Source: the human T2T-CHM13v2.0 reference genome, Homo sapiens
Length of the DNA: 64,000 nt
Direction: 5' to 3' (one strand)
NCBI RefSeq assembly: GCF_009914755.1
Contig: NC_060932.1
Positions 25,536 through 42,207 of the stretch are shown here, one piece after another. Every line of letters begins with the position of its first letter. Positions within the stretch are counted from its first letter, which is position 1. Both the position numbers and the translations under genes were made by a program. The notes under the pieces were generated by a model. It worked only from the letters and a program-made list of their open reading frames with translations. It did not search any database and was not told where the DNA came from.

Positions 25536-26280
25536 GGTTTATGGGGCTTTCTTGGACTGCACTCTGGCCAAACGCAGTGACTCCAGTAAGGCGTGGCCTT
25601 TGCAACCACAGGAAGAGCAGAAGTCTGCTGTGGAGCCGCCTGCATCCAAGTCCAGCTCTGCTGCTTGATGGGAATGGGCCCTTGGGACAGATTCTTCTCT
25701 TGGAATCTGAGTGTTCTCAGGTATAGACGGGTGTTCTGGGTGTTGGGAAGAAGCAACGATTGGATGCAACTTATCTCTAAGGGCCCTTTCGATTCTAAGA
25801 TTGCATGACTGCCTGACTTGTTCTAATGACTGCATTGAAGTTGAGATGTGTGTTTGTATGTGCATGTGTGTGTGTGTTTAGGAGGGAGTGGAGAGGAACT
25901 TGGAATCTTATGAAAGAGACTTCTAGGCAGTTGCTTTGGAAACCATGTTTGTGATAAAACTCCTTTGCTTTTTTTTTTTTTCCTCCTTTGTTGTCTAGTC
26001 CCATTCCACCAGGTGGCCAAGAGCATTTTGTATAAAATACTCCATCTCTCATGCTCCCCATCTCCCTGGATTCCATATTTTCTTTTGAATTTGTATTCTC
26101 TGGCATATTTAGGGCTTTTCGAAGTTTTTCGTGTTACTATGAACATTGAAGAGACAAAGGAAAGCAAGAGGAAAGGAAGGGAGGAAAGAAGGAAGGAAAA
26201 CTTACTGTTCCTCTGTGCTTATTAACACAAAACTTTATGGAAACATGTTCTATCACACAGTGTTATTGGCATTGGACTTA

Positions 26281-26360
26281 TTAGGTTGGTGCAAAAGATA
26301 TTGCTGTTTTTGCCTTTAAAAGTAATGGCAAAAACTGCAATTATTTTTGCACCAACCTAA
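26281..26360. mobile_element. MADE1 (Hsmar1-derived mariner MITE)
   Basis: 80-bp palindrome ttaggttggtgcaaaag...ttttgcaccaacctaa with TA flanks. Confidence 0.95.
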
Positions 26361-26813
26361 TATTTCCATCAGGTGGGATTTTAGGAATATTATGAAAAAA
26401 AGATGTACCTTCACAAGTAGATAGAGCCTACCTCTCACAGGTGAGATTGTCATACTGACCATAGTCACTTTTTTGGACAATCTGTCAATGTATTAATACA
26501 TTCAGGACTGATTTGGCATCAGGTGCCATGGAAGGTGTCATAGGAGGTACAGAGGTGCATTGTACGTGGAACCACAGCTCTCAGCATGGTCGGGTCCCCT
26601 CTTGAGAAAGAGCCAGCGGACATATAAAATAGGTAGCATATCCTTGCCCTCTCATGAGATAGTCAAGCATTTCTCCCTCCCACCATTGAATACCAGGCCT
26701 AACCTCATGCCCCTTGCTCCCTACATGGTATCCAACCTTGCCCTTGATCTTCATAGGTCCTGGCCTGGTTCTCATCACTTCGTCCTGATATTCTGTCTTG
26801 GCGCTCAGGATGA

Positions 26814-27700
<887 letters not shown>

Positions 27701-28126
27701 GGAGAAGATTCCACTCAGAGTTGGGCAGGAGGTAGCTTGAGAGGCAACTGGCCAGGGAATGTAAAAGAGGGCTCAGAAGCATTCTTGTCTTTATACTATA
27801 CATTTGCTCTAACCTACTTCACAACTTTGGCAAGAAGTATATCTTGTTGAAAAACATATTACTCTGAGACTACAACAGAAAATTCAATATGTAGCAATTG
27901 CCATCAAAAGGACAAAACAAACATGCATTAAATATTTAAACTACAGCATAAGAAACATCTATTATTAAATGCAACATAGGTTATCAGTGCAATAAATAAC
28001 GATAATGAATAGTTCTCAATGTTCTGTAGGAATGAGCTTTATGTCAAACAATGAGCTGAGTATTTTACATACAGATTATCTTTTAATTTTTAAAACAACT
28101 ATGAGGTAGGTGCTATTGATATTTAC

Positions 28127-28426
<300 letters not shown>

Positions 28427-29472
28427 TGATATTTACATTTTTAAACAAGAAAATATAGACTTAAAGAGGCTTGGTATGTTGCAAAAGGTCACAAAGCTGT
28501 ATATGGTGAGGAGGAATTTGAACCTGGGTTTGATTCCATCACCCGAACCCAACCACTAGGCTCCACTGCCACTTTAGGAGTTCAGCGGAGAGAACAATCA
28601 GTGAGACCTGAGTGGCTAAGAAAGCCTTCCTGAAGGTGGTGATATGTGAACACCCGTTTAAAAGGTTGCTCTGCTGGAATCCTCTTAAAATCTAAGACTA
28701 AAGAAAGAACCAGAACTTATTTACCCTAGAGCTACCAAAACCATGTCACCCCCAGGGCCTGCCTGTGCATTAGGGCAGTGTGTATTAATGAAACATGCTG
28801 CTTTTATTTCAACTTCCCACTTCCACCTTGGTGAGGGAATTAAAAAAGAAATCACCTTTGTTTTCTTTAGGCCTGTAGATTGGCTTTTTTTTTTTTTTTT
28901 TTTTTTTTTTGCCCTTCAAGAAACATTTCCAAGCATGGCCAGAAGAGGGTGTGCTTGGGTGTAGGGGAAGGACAGGTGGGACGTGCTCAGTGTGGGATAT
29001 GCTCTCAGCATGCTTTAGGGGCTGTTTTAAGGAACATAAATTAATAAGGTAGAAATTACTTGTATCCCATTAGAGACTCTGCAGATCACGCAAGTCATTC
29101 ATTCCTTATTACTCATTCACTTAGTAAGCACTATGAATATGGAAATCAGCAAGACATGGCCCTTTTGAAGATCTAAGAGTCAAAAGAAGAAAATAAATAG
29201 AAATCATCTTCTGTGAACAAACTCAGGCACAGTTATAGCAAACATGTATTAAGCACCGACAAAGCATCAGGTGGATTAAACATGTGGTGCTGATATTAAT
29301 CTTACATTGTAGATAATATTATTCACGTTCCAAGAAAGAAGATCTAAGGTTGGGGTTGCCCAAAGCCCCACAGCAAGCAAGCAGATTAGTTAGGATTCAA
29401 ATGCAGTCCTGCCTGACTCCAAAACATACTTTGTACTAAACCACGTGATACCCCCTCATAGCCTTCTGGAGC

Positions 29473-29670
29473 AGGGATCAGCAAAGTTTTGCTTAAGGAG
29501 CCAAACAGTAGATACTTTAGGCTTTGCCAGTGAAGAGACAAATGAAAGATGTTATGTAGATACATATATATACATTTAAAATGAAGCCAGTCAATAATGT
29601 AGAAATTATTTTCAGCTCACAAGCCATAGCAAGGCAGCAAGAAGAGTTTTCCTATAGACCACAGTTCCAG
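29473..29670. mobile_element. MER58-like hAT MITE
   Basis: 'cagggatcagcaaagtttt...agtagatactttaggctttg...ttcagctcacaagccata'. Confidence 0.6.
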
Positions 29671-29699
29671 GGCAATTTCTCTCTTCCATATTCTTCCAT

Positions 29700-29960
29700 A
29701 TTGTATGTAGTGTGTATATATATGTGTATACATATATACATATATGTATATACGTATATATACGTATACACGTGTATATATGCGTATGTGTATATATACA
29801 TGTATATATGCGTATGTGTGTATATATACTACATATATTTACTTATAGAGATGTTTATATATAAACATGCAATATGTATATTATACTACCTATCTACATA
29901 TACAGTATGTGTATATCTCCACATATACCTTATCTGACATTCTAATGTGTGTGTATACAT
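29700..29960. repeat. (TA)/(TG) low-complexity tract
   Basis: Read directly. Confidence 0.9.
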
Positions 29961-30399
29961 ATTGTTACTTCTGCTAGGATGTGATATCTTTGAAGAAAAA
30001 GATCATCTAAGCCACCTTTGCTTCTCTAGAGAGTGCTACATAAATTCTTGCCCATAGTAATGCCTAATAATGATAGTGTTGGAACAGGTGTAATCCATTA
30101 TTATTTACCTAAAAGACTCCATGGAGAAGGCCATGCATATTTGTTTTATATTGCACCAAGTCACTAATTCCGTGTGAGGATAAGATGTGGTTTTGCTGCT
30201 TGAAGTGGTTTTGGGAGAGGCTCTAGAATTTCAGAAGTTGATTGATTTCCAGGCATTGTGACTCCTGGGCTGAGAAGCACAACAGTTTAATGCTTAAGTT
30301 CCTGAGTTTCAGAGATTCACAGATCTGACTCCTAATTTTTTCTTCTGCTACTTTTCTTTCTTGAGAGGGCATGGTTCATAGGTTACAAATATCTGTGAC

Positions 30400-30640
30400 A
30401 GTAATGATGAAAAGTTCATATTCCCTGTGTTCTTCCTGTGGTCAGGAACTGGTACGGTAGCTTACATGTGTGAAATCATTTAATTCTTATATCAACTCTC
30501 AAAGGTAGGTCATATCATTGTCCCCATTTGTTAGAAAAACAGAGGCACAGAGAGGTTAAGTAATTTGCTTAAGATTACACAGCTAGGAAGTGTCAGAACG
30601 AGATTCAAACCAGATGAGTTGGCTACAGAACCTGTACTTT
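30400..30640 (-). mobile_element. MIR
   Basis: 'ccccattt...agaggcacagagaggttaagtaatttgcttaagattacacagcta'. Confidence 0.8.
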
Positions 30641-31242
30641 ATTATTATTAAAACTCCTATGATATTTCTTCTCCAGGGAAATTTATATGAAAAAGCTGCA
30701 ATTTTAATAGAACTGGAATGGAGTTTCCCAAACCTTGGGTTTGGAACCTATGGTGGCTCTATCTTTGATCTTTTTCTCTCTAAAATGATGAGCATGATAA
30801 AAGAGCCACATCATCTGCTTAGAAAATATTTTTATTTTTGAAAAACTTCATTGAGCAAGTGGTAGATGCTGTTGGAGCGTGGAACTCCACACACCTTTCT
30901 GTTCTTTCTGTTCTTCTATTAGCAGTTAAGTCTCCCCTCATGGAGACTTCATACTTACAGTGGTTTAAGAAGTGAGAAACCATGGGGTGTTCAAAGGAGA
31001 GCCATTGTGGCAAGAAGTCTAGAGATAGTTATGGGCAAGTGATCAGTCTAAAGAAAAGAAGACTCAGGGCCCATGGCAGTGACCCCCAACGTCCTGGCAG
31101 ATGGATGCTTCACTGAGGCAGCCAAGCATCGTTGTTAAGACCTTGATTGTCTCAGACCCAACTCCACACTCTGAGCTGTGTGCGTCAGGGGGAACTACTT
31201 ACAAAGCCTCACTTTGTTTATTAGCAAAATGGAGACACTAAT

Positions 31243-31585
31243 ACAAATTCCAAACCACTAATTTGCATATCTAAAATCCCCAAATACCTGAGAACAGAAA
31301 ACATTTTCATAAGCCCATCACAAACTCATCTTTGACCTAAACTGGCATGAGACGGGAGACTGGAGACTGGAGACTTACTATGATATTTCTTTATCCCACA
31401 GTCTGTGAATATGCACATATTTTGTTGCAAAATATTAATGTGTTTGATTACAGCATGCTATCCCAGACCCTGCTGGTGGGGTTAAACAAGATACAATACA
31501 TATACTATATATTCTTAAATAATAAAAATAGTTATGAATTTCAAAATTTGGCCTCAAAAGTTTTGGATAAGGGATAGTGGCCCTG
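31243..31585. mobile_element. MER46C-like Tigger MITE inserted in a MIR
   Basis: 'aatattaatgtgtttgattac...ccagaccctgctgg' and terminus 'ttggataagggatagtggccctg'. MIR halves lie on both sides (31110-31240, 31590-31685). Confidence 0.7.
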
Positions 31586-32199
31586 TGCTAACTACCTCAT
31601 TAGGTCTTGGGGTGGATCAAGTAGAATAAAATATGGAAAGGGCTTAGCAGAGTTAGTAGCACATCATAAATCAACAATAAATGTTTCATTTCCTAAATAG
31701 CTATTACATTCTATGAATTAGGTATATTAGTTGAGCAGTTTTGCTCTATCGTCCCATTGATTTTACTCTTAAGAATACTGTAATACAACTTTGTGTAGAG
31801 TCCTCCACTATTGTCTCCTGAGATTTTTTTTTTCTTCCAAGATGCCTTCTGAATGTTTTGAATCTGGTGCTTTCATGATTTTCAAAAAATCTCCATAAAT
31901 TTTTTTTAAGACATAGAAGGCTTATATTCCTTATTCCAAAGACTCTTAAATAGTTTGACTGAAATATTGAGAGAATTTTTATCACACTACCTGAAACAGC
32001 CTGTCTCACACATGCATAAGCAACAACGTCGTGTCTGCTGCCCAGCCAAGCACAATCAGAAGTGTCTTCAATTGTTATGAATGTTCACAGATACAGTGTA
32101 AACACATATGCATCTTTAGAATAGATGATTTGCAGTACTGTACTACAAAAAGTTGTATTTAGATGGAATTCAAAGAGACCACCTACAGCATGCTGTAAA

Positions 32200-32410
32200 A
32201 CAAACAACAATAAAATAACTTCCTCACAAGTAGATTTGTTCCAAAATGGATTGGGCTATGTTTGGTATTATTAAATTCCAATTCTCCAGCAATGGGGACT
32301 CTTGAGTCTGGATAAATGCTTATTGGGCATATTGTAGCTGGACTTCAAATTTCACAAAGCATTGTGCTTGAGATGACCTTTGAGAACCTTCTAACTCTCA
32401 GATTCTATGA
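32200..32410 (+). mobile_element. L3/CR1-type 3' end
   Basis: Ends 'gatgacctttgagaaccttctaactctcagattctatga'. Confidence 0.5.
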
Positions 32411-34716
32411 GACTTGAGGAAAGAAGAGACAATCTAAGAGAATGGGGAAACGCAGATGAAACATCCTTGACCTCCCAGGTTTTGCTTGATTCTTGGAATA
32501 TTCTCTTCGGAGGGGTTGGATTTGAAGGTCGAGTGGAGTTCACTTCAGTCATATATTCTGCCCTGCTTCTGTCCAAAACACAAAGTATAGGAAAAAAGCA
32601 TTGAGTTGTGAAACGTAATTATGATAAAGAAAAAACTTTACATTTCACATAAAATTGTTAGATCAACTTGGCAACATATGCAGAAGCAGTGCGGAAGCAA
32701 CTCAGTCTTTAAATTAGCTACTGCTAATGCATACTGGCATTCTACAGTGAAAAGGGTTTAAGAGTGAACACGACACACCCCTTCACCTCTTTCCATGCCA
32801 GAGCTCTGAATCGACCAAGAGATGCAACGGGGCTGATAGTTGGAGGATAGAATGCCAGCTCTATTACTGACAAACACTACAAAGCAAAACTACAGTGGGC
32901 TTTCCAAGAGTCCCCAGAATTAGTCTGGCTTTTCTGCCCAGTCACTGAAAGGGCTGAAAAAATCAAAACAAGACAAAACCACGATAAATATCTTTCTCCT
33001 TGAGGTAGGACCTTTACCTACTGGTAGAGAACACAGGTGCTCTCTGCAAGCCATTACGGCCTATAAAGAGGAGCACTGTAGAATGCTTATCTTCATCCTA
33101 AACTTTACAGTGAGATGACCTCGAAGGCCCTCTATGGAGAGGAGTAAGCAGGTGGACAGCGGTATTTAGGGAAAATCTGTCTTTGTGGAGAAGTTCCCTA
33201 CCTAATTAACCTTCCCTTGTTTGAAGCCTTTTTTGGTGGGACCTGGGGGTGGAAGAGCCCATCTCATTTATCGTTTGTCCTTTGGAAGCATTCCACTCTC
33301 CTAAATGGAATTTTATATTGCACACTTTCACATACAAATTGTACAAAACCCTGACCCTTATGTTTGGAAGAAGAGAAATAATGTATTCTATTAAAAGGAG
33401 GTCCCCCCATTTAATTGCACAATGATGTGACGGTGAAGCACCCCTAGAGAAGTGTCCTTTAGATACATCTGTGCAGAAGGAACTAGCTGCGTGAACTGGG
33501 ACAAGTCATGTCACCGCTCCTGGCCTCATTTCCCTTGGGGATTAAGCCCAGTGGGGCACTGGAGGCTGCCTTGGTCCCTTCCAGCCCTCACATTCTCTCA
33601 CACTCGGCTCTTCTGTTTCCAAGAACAATAATGACTGCAGAAAGTATCATTTTGCCTTAGATTGTGATCTTCGTGACTTCATCTGTGTGAACAGACAAAC
33701 ATTAAAAAAACAGCTGAAGCATAACACAGGATCTAAGGCCATGTCCAGGGGCCCTTCCTTAAAGCCTCCAGTTGAGATAAACTTTTAAACAAACAGCATT
33801 TGTGTGTTGAGAGAGGTGGGAGAAGGTGGTACGGTATGAAGTGGAGTCTTTATTCAGGGTCTAAGCTCTCGTTTCCTGGGACAGTGAGAACTTTGTCTTT
33901 TCGGAAAGCTTGCCTGAAGTGTTTGCCTGTTTTATAGCTTGAGGTCAGGGAAGAAGAACAAGATATATCTGAGCCGCTTCCTCCCTGAGCCTTTCATCCC
34001 TCCCTGCTACCTAAGTCTGCAGCCTCTGCACCCTTTGGCTAGATTCCTGCTCAGGAGAACCAGGTCAACTCGCACACATGTGCACATACACACATACAAA
34101 CACATATGCACACAACAGAACAATCGCACTCCTTTCTACCACTGAAATGAGGCTGATTCCCCTGTGGAGGAAGGGATGGTTTGCTACATGGCCCTCACAC
34201 AGTCCTCACTCCTTAATGACATCCTTGCCTCACCCGGCTTCACTGCCCCTCTCTGGAGGCTGCTACAGTACTGTGTACATTTCCAGTCTACTTTCTTTGC
34301 CTGGAAGGGTGCTAATTTTGTTTTCACACATGCATAGCACTTCTAGTTCATGAGCTCTCTGAATGCAAGGCCTGTATCTGATTTACTTTTGATTCCCTGG
34401 TCCGAGGCCTTAGTATATAAAGAGCCATCAGCTCGTGATTTTTGAATAAATTTCAAATTAAGGAACATAGTAAACACCTTTTGGGATCTCTGCTTATCTC
34501 ACAACCACCTCCAATTAACTGCTCATTAATAGGGGTGGACGTCTGGCAGCCGTGTTTCAACTCTCTAAGACTCTCTGTATGAACCAATCAGAGTCCCTCT
34601 AGCAGGTTGAGAGAGAACGCTTAGCCTTTCCCACAGCAGGAATGGGGATGTGAGGTGTCTGTCCTTCACCAAGTCTCCAGAGAAACAATGTAAGCTCTGC
34701 AGAAGATACAGAACTG

Positions 34717-35680
<964 letters not shown>

Positions 35681-35879
35681 TTTAAGTCTCCCTCCCTCTC
35701 TTTTTATAAAACACTAATTTTTGTTCAAAGCAATAAGCAAAAGTTTAATTTGTTCTGTGTCCTCTATATGTAAAGTCCATAAAGTTCTGCGGGAATCATC
35801 TCCTTTTAAATATGAGCTGCTCAATTTCGACACTGAATTCAGCTAACGTATATTAACCAAGAGAAATCAAGAGTGCTTT

Positions 35880-36590
35880 GAATTCCCACTCAAATTCATT
35901 TGACGGCTATTTGCCTTACCACGCAGGGCTTTTATAAAGCCCCAGGAACGGGGTGTGCAAACAGTGGTACCTAACTCAATTATTTCTCTTCCACCTTTCT
36001 TTTCTTTCTTTCTTTCTTTTTTTTTTAATTGACTAGTCTTCTTCAGCAGCTGTTTCAAAGGAAGGGAGGGAGGAAAGTAGGAAGGAGGGGGTGCAGGCAG
36101 CCTGGCCGAATTGGTCCATTCTGTTCCTGGTGCGGTTCCTCCTCTAGCCACATGATGGCGGCATGAGCATTGCCGTACTTCTGCGCTCTCAAGTCTAGCG
36201 CTTTAAATCCCCAGTTTTAAAGCCAGGGGCGCCGGGGTGTGTTTGTGTTTGTGCCTGCAAGTCAAAGCCATGCCCAGACTTAGCACTCTCAGCTGCTCTG
36301 TAATGCAAGTCGACAGGAAAATCTACAAGGGCTTCACGGTCTTCTTTCTAGAAAAATCCCAACAAGGGTTTGATAGTAAAAAGTACTTCGTAGTCATTTT
36401 CAAATAGGGGAGAATTTCCTGAAGTATGCAGCATCTGCTCTGCCGGGTTTGCAATCTGTGCACAGGTATTGCAGTTAATGAGCCACCGGCTTGCCGCTTC
36501 CAGGGCCAGGCTGGAGCAGTCAGCTGGTGGAATGATGGGAACTGCAATCGGCAGCTCTGCACCAACGTGCCCCGGGTTGGAAAATGTGAT
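35880..36590. promoter_or_regulatory. CpG-enriched unique segment, candidate promoter/enhancer
   Basis: About 20 CpGs by hand count in ~700 bp of non-repeat DNA. TATA-like palindrome, YY1-like ATGGCGGC (36155-36162) and a minus-strand donor TG|GTAAGG. Confidence 0.45.
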
Positions 36591-37419
36591 TTGTGACAGA
36601 GAAGCTTGGGAATAATAATGAAAACATAATTGCTCCAGGTTGGTTGCTCTCTTTCAATTGCAAAGCCGTCTCACCTCTTGTGAGAGGAACTGTAGTTCTA
36701 AGCGTTCATTTCTCTAGAACAACTAGAGGCACACCCAGCAACTGTCCTTCTGCCCCCAGTGAAACTTGGATTTTTTTTTTTTGAACTCCAGAGAAGAGCT
36801 GTCCCCCAAATTCAAGAAGAATCGTACTTACTTCATCTCCAGGATGCCTGGGGCAGCTTGTCTGTTCAAGCAGAATCTCCCAAGTCATGAATGTGGCTTT
36901 GAAACCTATTAGTCCCATCCTCTGATGCCTGGGACCAGGCTATTATATTGTCGGGTTGGTTTATTGTTGTTGTTGTTGTTTGTTTTTGCCTCATGAAAAT
37001 AAAAAAAATTAAACCCCTGCGTATGAATGAATTTTCATCGATTTTTCATTTGGTCATCCTACAGAAGAGGCAGAGGATGTTGACACAAACTTACAGACTG
37101 GGACTCCAAGGATCAGCCAGATGAAATGCTATGTGCAGAGTCTTCATTTCCCAGCTCAGTGGTGGACAGCAGAGGACTCTAAGGTGGGTTGCCCTGATTG
37201 GAGTCCCCCTTCAGCCACTTTAAGTTAACGGATGTCTCTGAGCTCCAAGTTTCTCATCTGTAAAATGAAGAGAAAGATGTCAATTGCTTGGGTTTTGAGA
37301 AAGACTGAAAGAGATCATAGATGTAAAATACTTAGCGTGGGGCCCGGAACCTCTCCTGTGGCTGGGAGTGAGTGGGCATGTTGCACATTGAGAACCTCTT
37401 TACACAATTGCCCATCCTC

Positions 37420-37839
37420 CTAGCCCTGCAGTCTGTGCAGACATTTCCATGCCAATCTCCACGGTATTTGTGCAAGTAATTCTTTCTGCCATGGGGCTTC
37501 TCTGGCTGACTTCAGAATGTTGCTCAGCTTTAAAGGATGGACTGAGAGGTTAATGCTGGCGGAGGCACCCTAACCAAAGGGGGACTGGATCTGTTGGATA
37601 AATGCATCCGCTCTTCATTTCCCCAAGGGTGATGGTTCCGAGACATGTCTCAAAAGAGGGGGACACTGAGCCACAGTTACTCCCAGGAATGGCCCAACAC
37701 ACAGCATATTTCTACATTCATGTTTCTTTTTCCTGTTACTCAGCGGTGCTTCACTCTTGTTCCTTAGAATCACCTCATAAATGAACTACCTTGACATGCC
37801 CTGACCCAGGCTCTTTATTTGGAAACCCAGGCTAGGACA
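37420..37839 (+). mobile_element. LTR16-family (ERVL) solo LTR
   Basis: 'tggataaatg...aatcacctcataaatgaactacc...ggctctttatttggaaacccaggctaggaca'. Confidence 0.65.
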
Positions 37840-38384
37840 GGAATGAAGAGAAGCCAGACCTTCTGACTCGAAGGTTAGGAGTCTTTTGATTTACACACAC
37901 ATGCGCACGCACACAGACACACACACTTTGTTTTGTGTCCATGGCAGGCAGGTGGAGGAAGGGGGAGTTTGGCCAGCTCTAAGGTCTTTCTAGATCATCC
38001 CATACATTGCTGGGGACCTCCAAGGGACAGACAGTGTCTTCATCAGGTCCTTTAAGGACACAGGTTCCTGTGCATTGATGGCATTAGTGCTGAAGCCCAA
38101 TTGCCCCAGCAGCAGCAACCAGCTTTGATCTGGGGCTGGCATCAGGCGGTGCCAGCAGATGTCTCCATGATGTGATTTAAGGGCACCATTAGACTCTGCC
38201 ATGCAAATATATTATATGGGTGGGGTGGCACTCTAACCTTAGGCTATTTGTCACACTGGGGTAAGTTGGAACTTGCAGCAGGGTAGGCAGTCCTGGGTGA
38301 GTGCCATGTGCCCACCCCCACTTTAAGCTACCATTTATCCATGATCAATTATGAGTCAGCACCACGCTAATACTTCTATGCCCA

Positions 38385-38570
38385 TCAGTCCTTTCTCAAC
38401 CCAGGCTTTACAACAGAATCACCTGGAGCACCTTTAAAAGTGCCAGTTGTAGTCCCCACTCCCCTCCAACCCCATCCATTCTGTTTTAATTGGTCTGAGG
38501 GTGTGGCTTGGACATCCATAAAGTTCCTCAGCTAATTTTCATTTGCTGTCAAGTTTGAAAACTGCTGATA
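38385..38570. mobile_element. MER5-like MITE
   Basis: 'cagtcctttctcaacc...agaatcacctggag...aagtttgaaaactgctg'. Confidence 0.7.
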
Positions 38571-39214
38571 CCCAGTTGTCTTCTTTATCCTCACCCCGAC
38601 CTTCCTAGGGAAATATCTTTACCCCTAATTGTTCAGGATGGGAAGCAGAGAATGTCTTGGAGAAGTTAAGTCACACAGCCAGTTAGCTGTGGAGCAAGGT
38701 TTCAAATGCAGGTCTGACATGTCAGGCTCCAATCAAAGTAATATTTGCCAAATTTTCTTCTAAAAATGCCAAGGCAGAGTGTGTTCTTCCGAGAGAGGAT
38801 ATTAGAGTGACCAGAAGCAGTCTGGAAATTTCTTGAAAGTCTCAAGCTTCATCTTAAAAACTCTTTATTTGTTTTGGTAAAAATGGTAAGATTTTACATT
38901 ATTTTTGACAAAGTTGATATTCCAAGAAGACAGGCTGGGGTCGTTCATACCACACTGTGCTTGCAGGGGATTGTATACACTGGTGTGAGCCACTGAGCCT
39001 GGTCTATACACCGATGGACAGGAGAGGACTGGAGGACATGATGAGGGGATAGACGTGGAAGAAGGAGAAAGCAGAACTTGGGGAGAAAGAGTGATGGGTA
39101 TCTGGATGCCCTCAGGACTGATTCTGCTAATATTTCTCACCATATATCTTTTAAAAAGTTATTAGCTTTGGAGGATGCAAGCATTCAAGATTGGTGTAAG
39201 AGCACAGCTCATGA

Positions 39215-39710
<496 letters not shown>

Positions 39711-39913
39711 TGCTTAGTTTGCTTACTTAAAAGTGTGAGTTAGATAATTAGCTTAACTCTTGATCTTCTCACTTGATTTATCTATAAAATCTCAATGTAA
39801 AGGCTAGACTAGATAACCATAACAGCTTCCGGTTTGCTCTGGGAGTACACACGTGCACTTGTGTTGCTAGCCTCCCAAAATGGATTTGGTTTCCAGTTAA
39901 GGCACTGAGACTT

Positions 39914-40218
<305 letters not shown>

Positions 40219-41309
40219 GAGACACTGAGACTTTGAACAGTTTGGTCTAATGCTTCACATCTAACAAGCAGAAGGCCAGAATTTGCACCCAAGCCTTTTG
40301 GTAACTAAAGCCCAGATTCTTTTCCAGGCTATAACCATGTTTCTAAGCAATTGTTTGAAAATACTTCTAGCCTAGAGATCTACGAGGCTACGATTTCATT
40401 TACCTTCTCTAGCTGGCTCTTTGCCCAATATGTGACAGTGCTAAAATATACCAGGCAAGCCACTTTTAAACAAATAATGTACCTAGGATTGAGTCTATCC
40501 ATCTGAGTGCATTGACTTGGCATCCTGTAGGCAAATATCGGGAGACTGATCTCTTTTGGGGACCCACCTCCTTCAAAAAAATATTTGGCAATTCATCTGA
40601 AGCATCTCCTTATTTCTGCTCTTCCAGCTGTCTCCATTATTGCAGGGTCATGCAAGCACTCCCAGAGTGCAATCCCACCAACAGCAGCCTGCCAAATGCA
40701 ATAGATACACTCCCCCTGTGTCATTGGCTTTAAATGGCCACTGCGGAAATAGCCAGGAAGCCAACAATCACTGTGGCCCAGATGCCCACTCACCCTGTCA
40801 CTCATTTCCCCTCTACTTAAATTTCAGCCCAACATGTATTTATGTGTCCAATCATTCTAGGCATCCAAATGAAGAATACAAATGTGCCCTCTGCCTCACC
40901 CTCTAGAAGCTGCCGTGCCAGGGCCTGTGCTAGGTGCTTAAATATATTCTGTCCATTATGCTATTTAATTCTTCCAGCAGCCTTACAAGGTAGAGATTAT
41001 GATCTTCATCCTACATGTATAGAAGATGTGTGCTAAGGTAGCGTCCCTTCTCCTCAGAGAGCTGGGTACGCTTGGCTCAAATCTCCACTCTCGTGTGTGG
41101 GGACACTTAAGCCCTCCCCTGAGATTGTTGTGAGGTTGTTGGTGGGTACACCCTCCGCACTTCCTCTGTGGTACACTCATTGTTTAGATTTTGGAATGGA
41201 TGAATTAAAAAGGAATCAGACAGTCAGATACCAATGGCTCTTAAGTCTCTGGGGTCATAGATCCTTTTGAAAATCTGGTTAAGGTTTAGCAGATGAGAAA
41301 ACACATGTA

Positions 41310-41626
<317 letters not shown>

Positions 41627-41736
41627 TTATCTATAGTTTGTATACTGTTGCAGCGGGTTCATGGACAAAATTGAGTATGTGCGAAATGTAGGTTAGCATG
41701 CTAGACATGGAGCTACTGCTAGCACCTGGTAGACCC

Positions 41737-42207
41737 TTGGAGCAGATGCTTCTGGAGCCGACCCCCACTACCCTGTTCCTTATCCCCTTGCCCTTACCAC
41801 AGTGCACACCAGCCCCAGTGTCCACCAGCAGCTCCTGCATTTCTCTGTCTAAGGGCTTTCTTTTAGAGCAAGATTTGCTGCCATTGTGATGACCTGAAGT
41901 GATAAGGAATGAATGCCCCCCTGAGAAGAGCCCTCAGTCAATGATTGATAATGTATGCATACCCCAGCTCCCGCTCCCTTTAGTGAGGCCAATCCCAGGC
42001 ACATGTGCCACACTGTCTCTCAGTTCACTCAGTCGGATTAAGCTCCATTGCCCACACTGGTTGCTGGCTCAAGGGTTCGTCTTTTACTGGCTACCTTCTT
42101 TTTCCCCACTTTCCTACCAGTGTACCCTTAATTACCAAATAAATTAGTTTAGTTGCACTGAAATCTTTTGTTTCAGAGACAGCTTCTGAAAAACCCAAAC
42201 TAAAATA
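41737..42207 (+). mobile_element. LTR16A-like (ERVL) solo LTR
   Basis: 'gccctcagtcaatga...ggattaagctccattgcccaca...aaataaa...aacccaaactaaaata'. Confidence 0.7.

Noticed and set aside
38355-38375. REST/RE1-like 'tcagcaccacg'
   Set aside because: Only the left half-site is present; GGACAG is missing.
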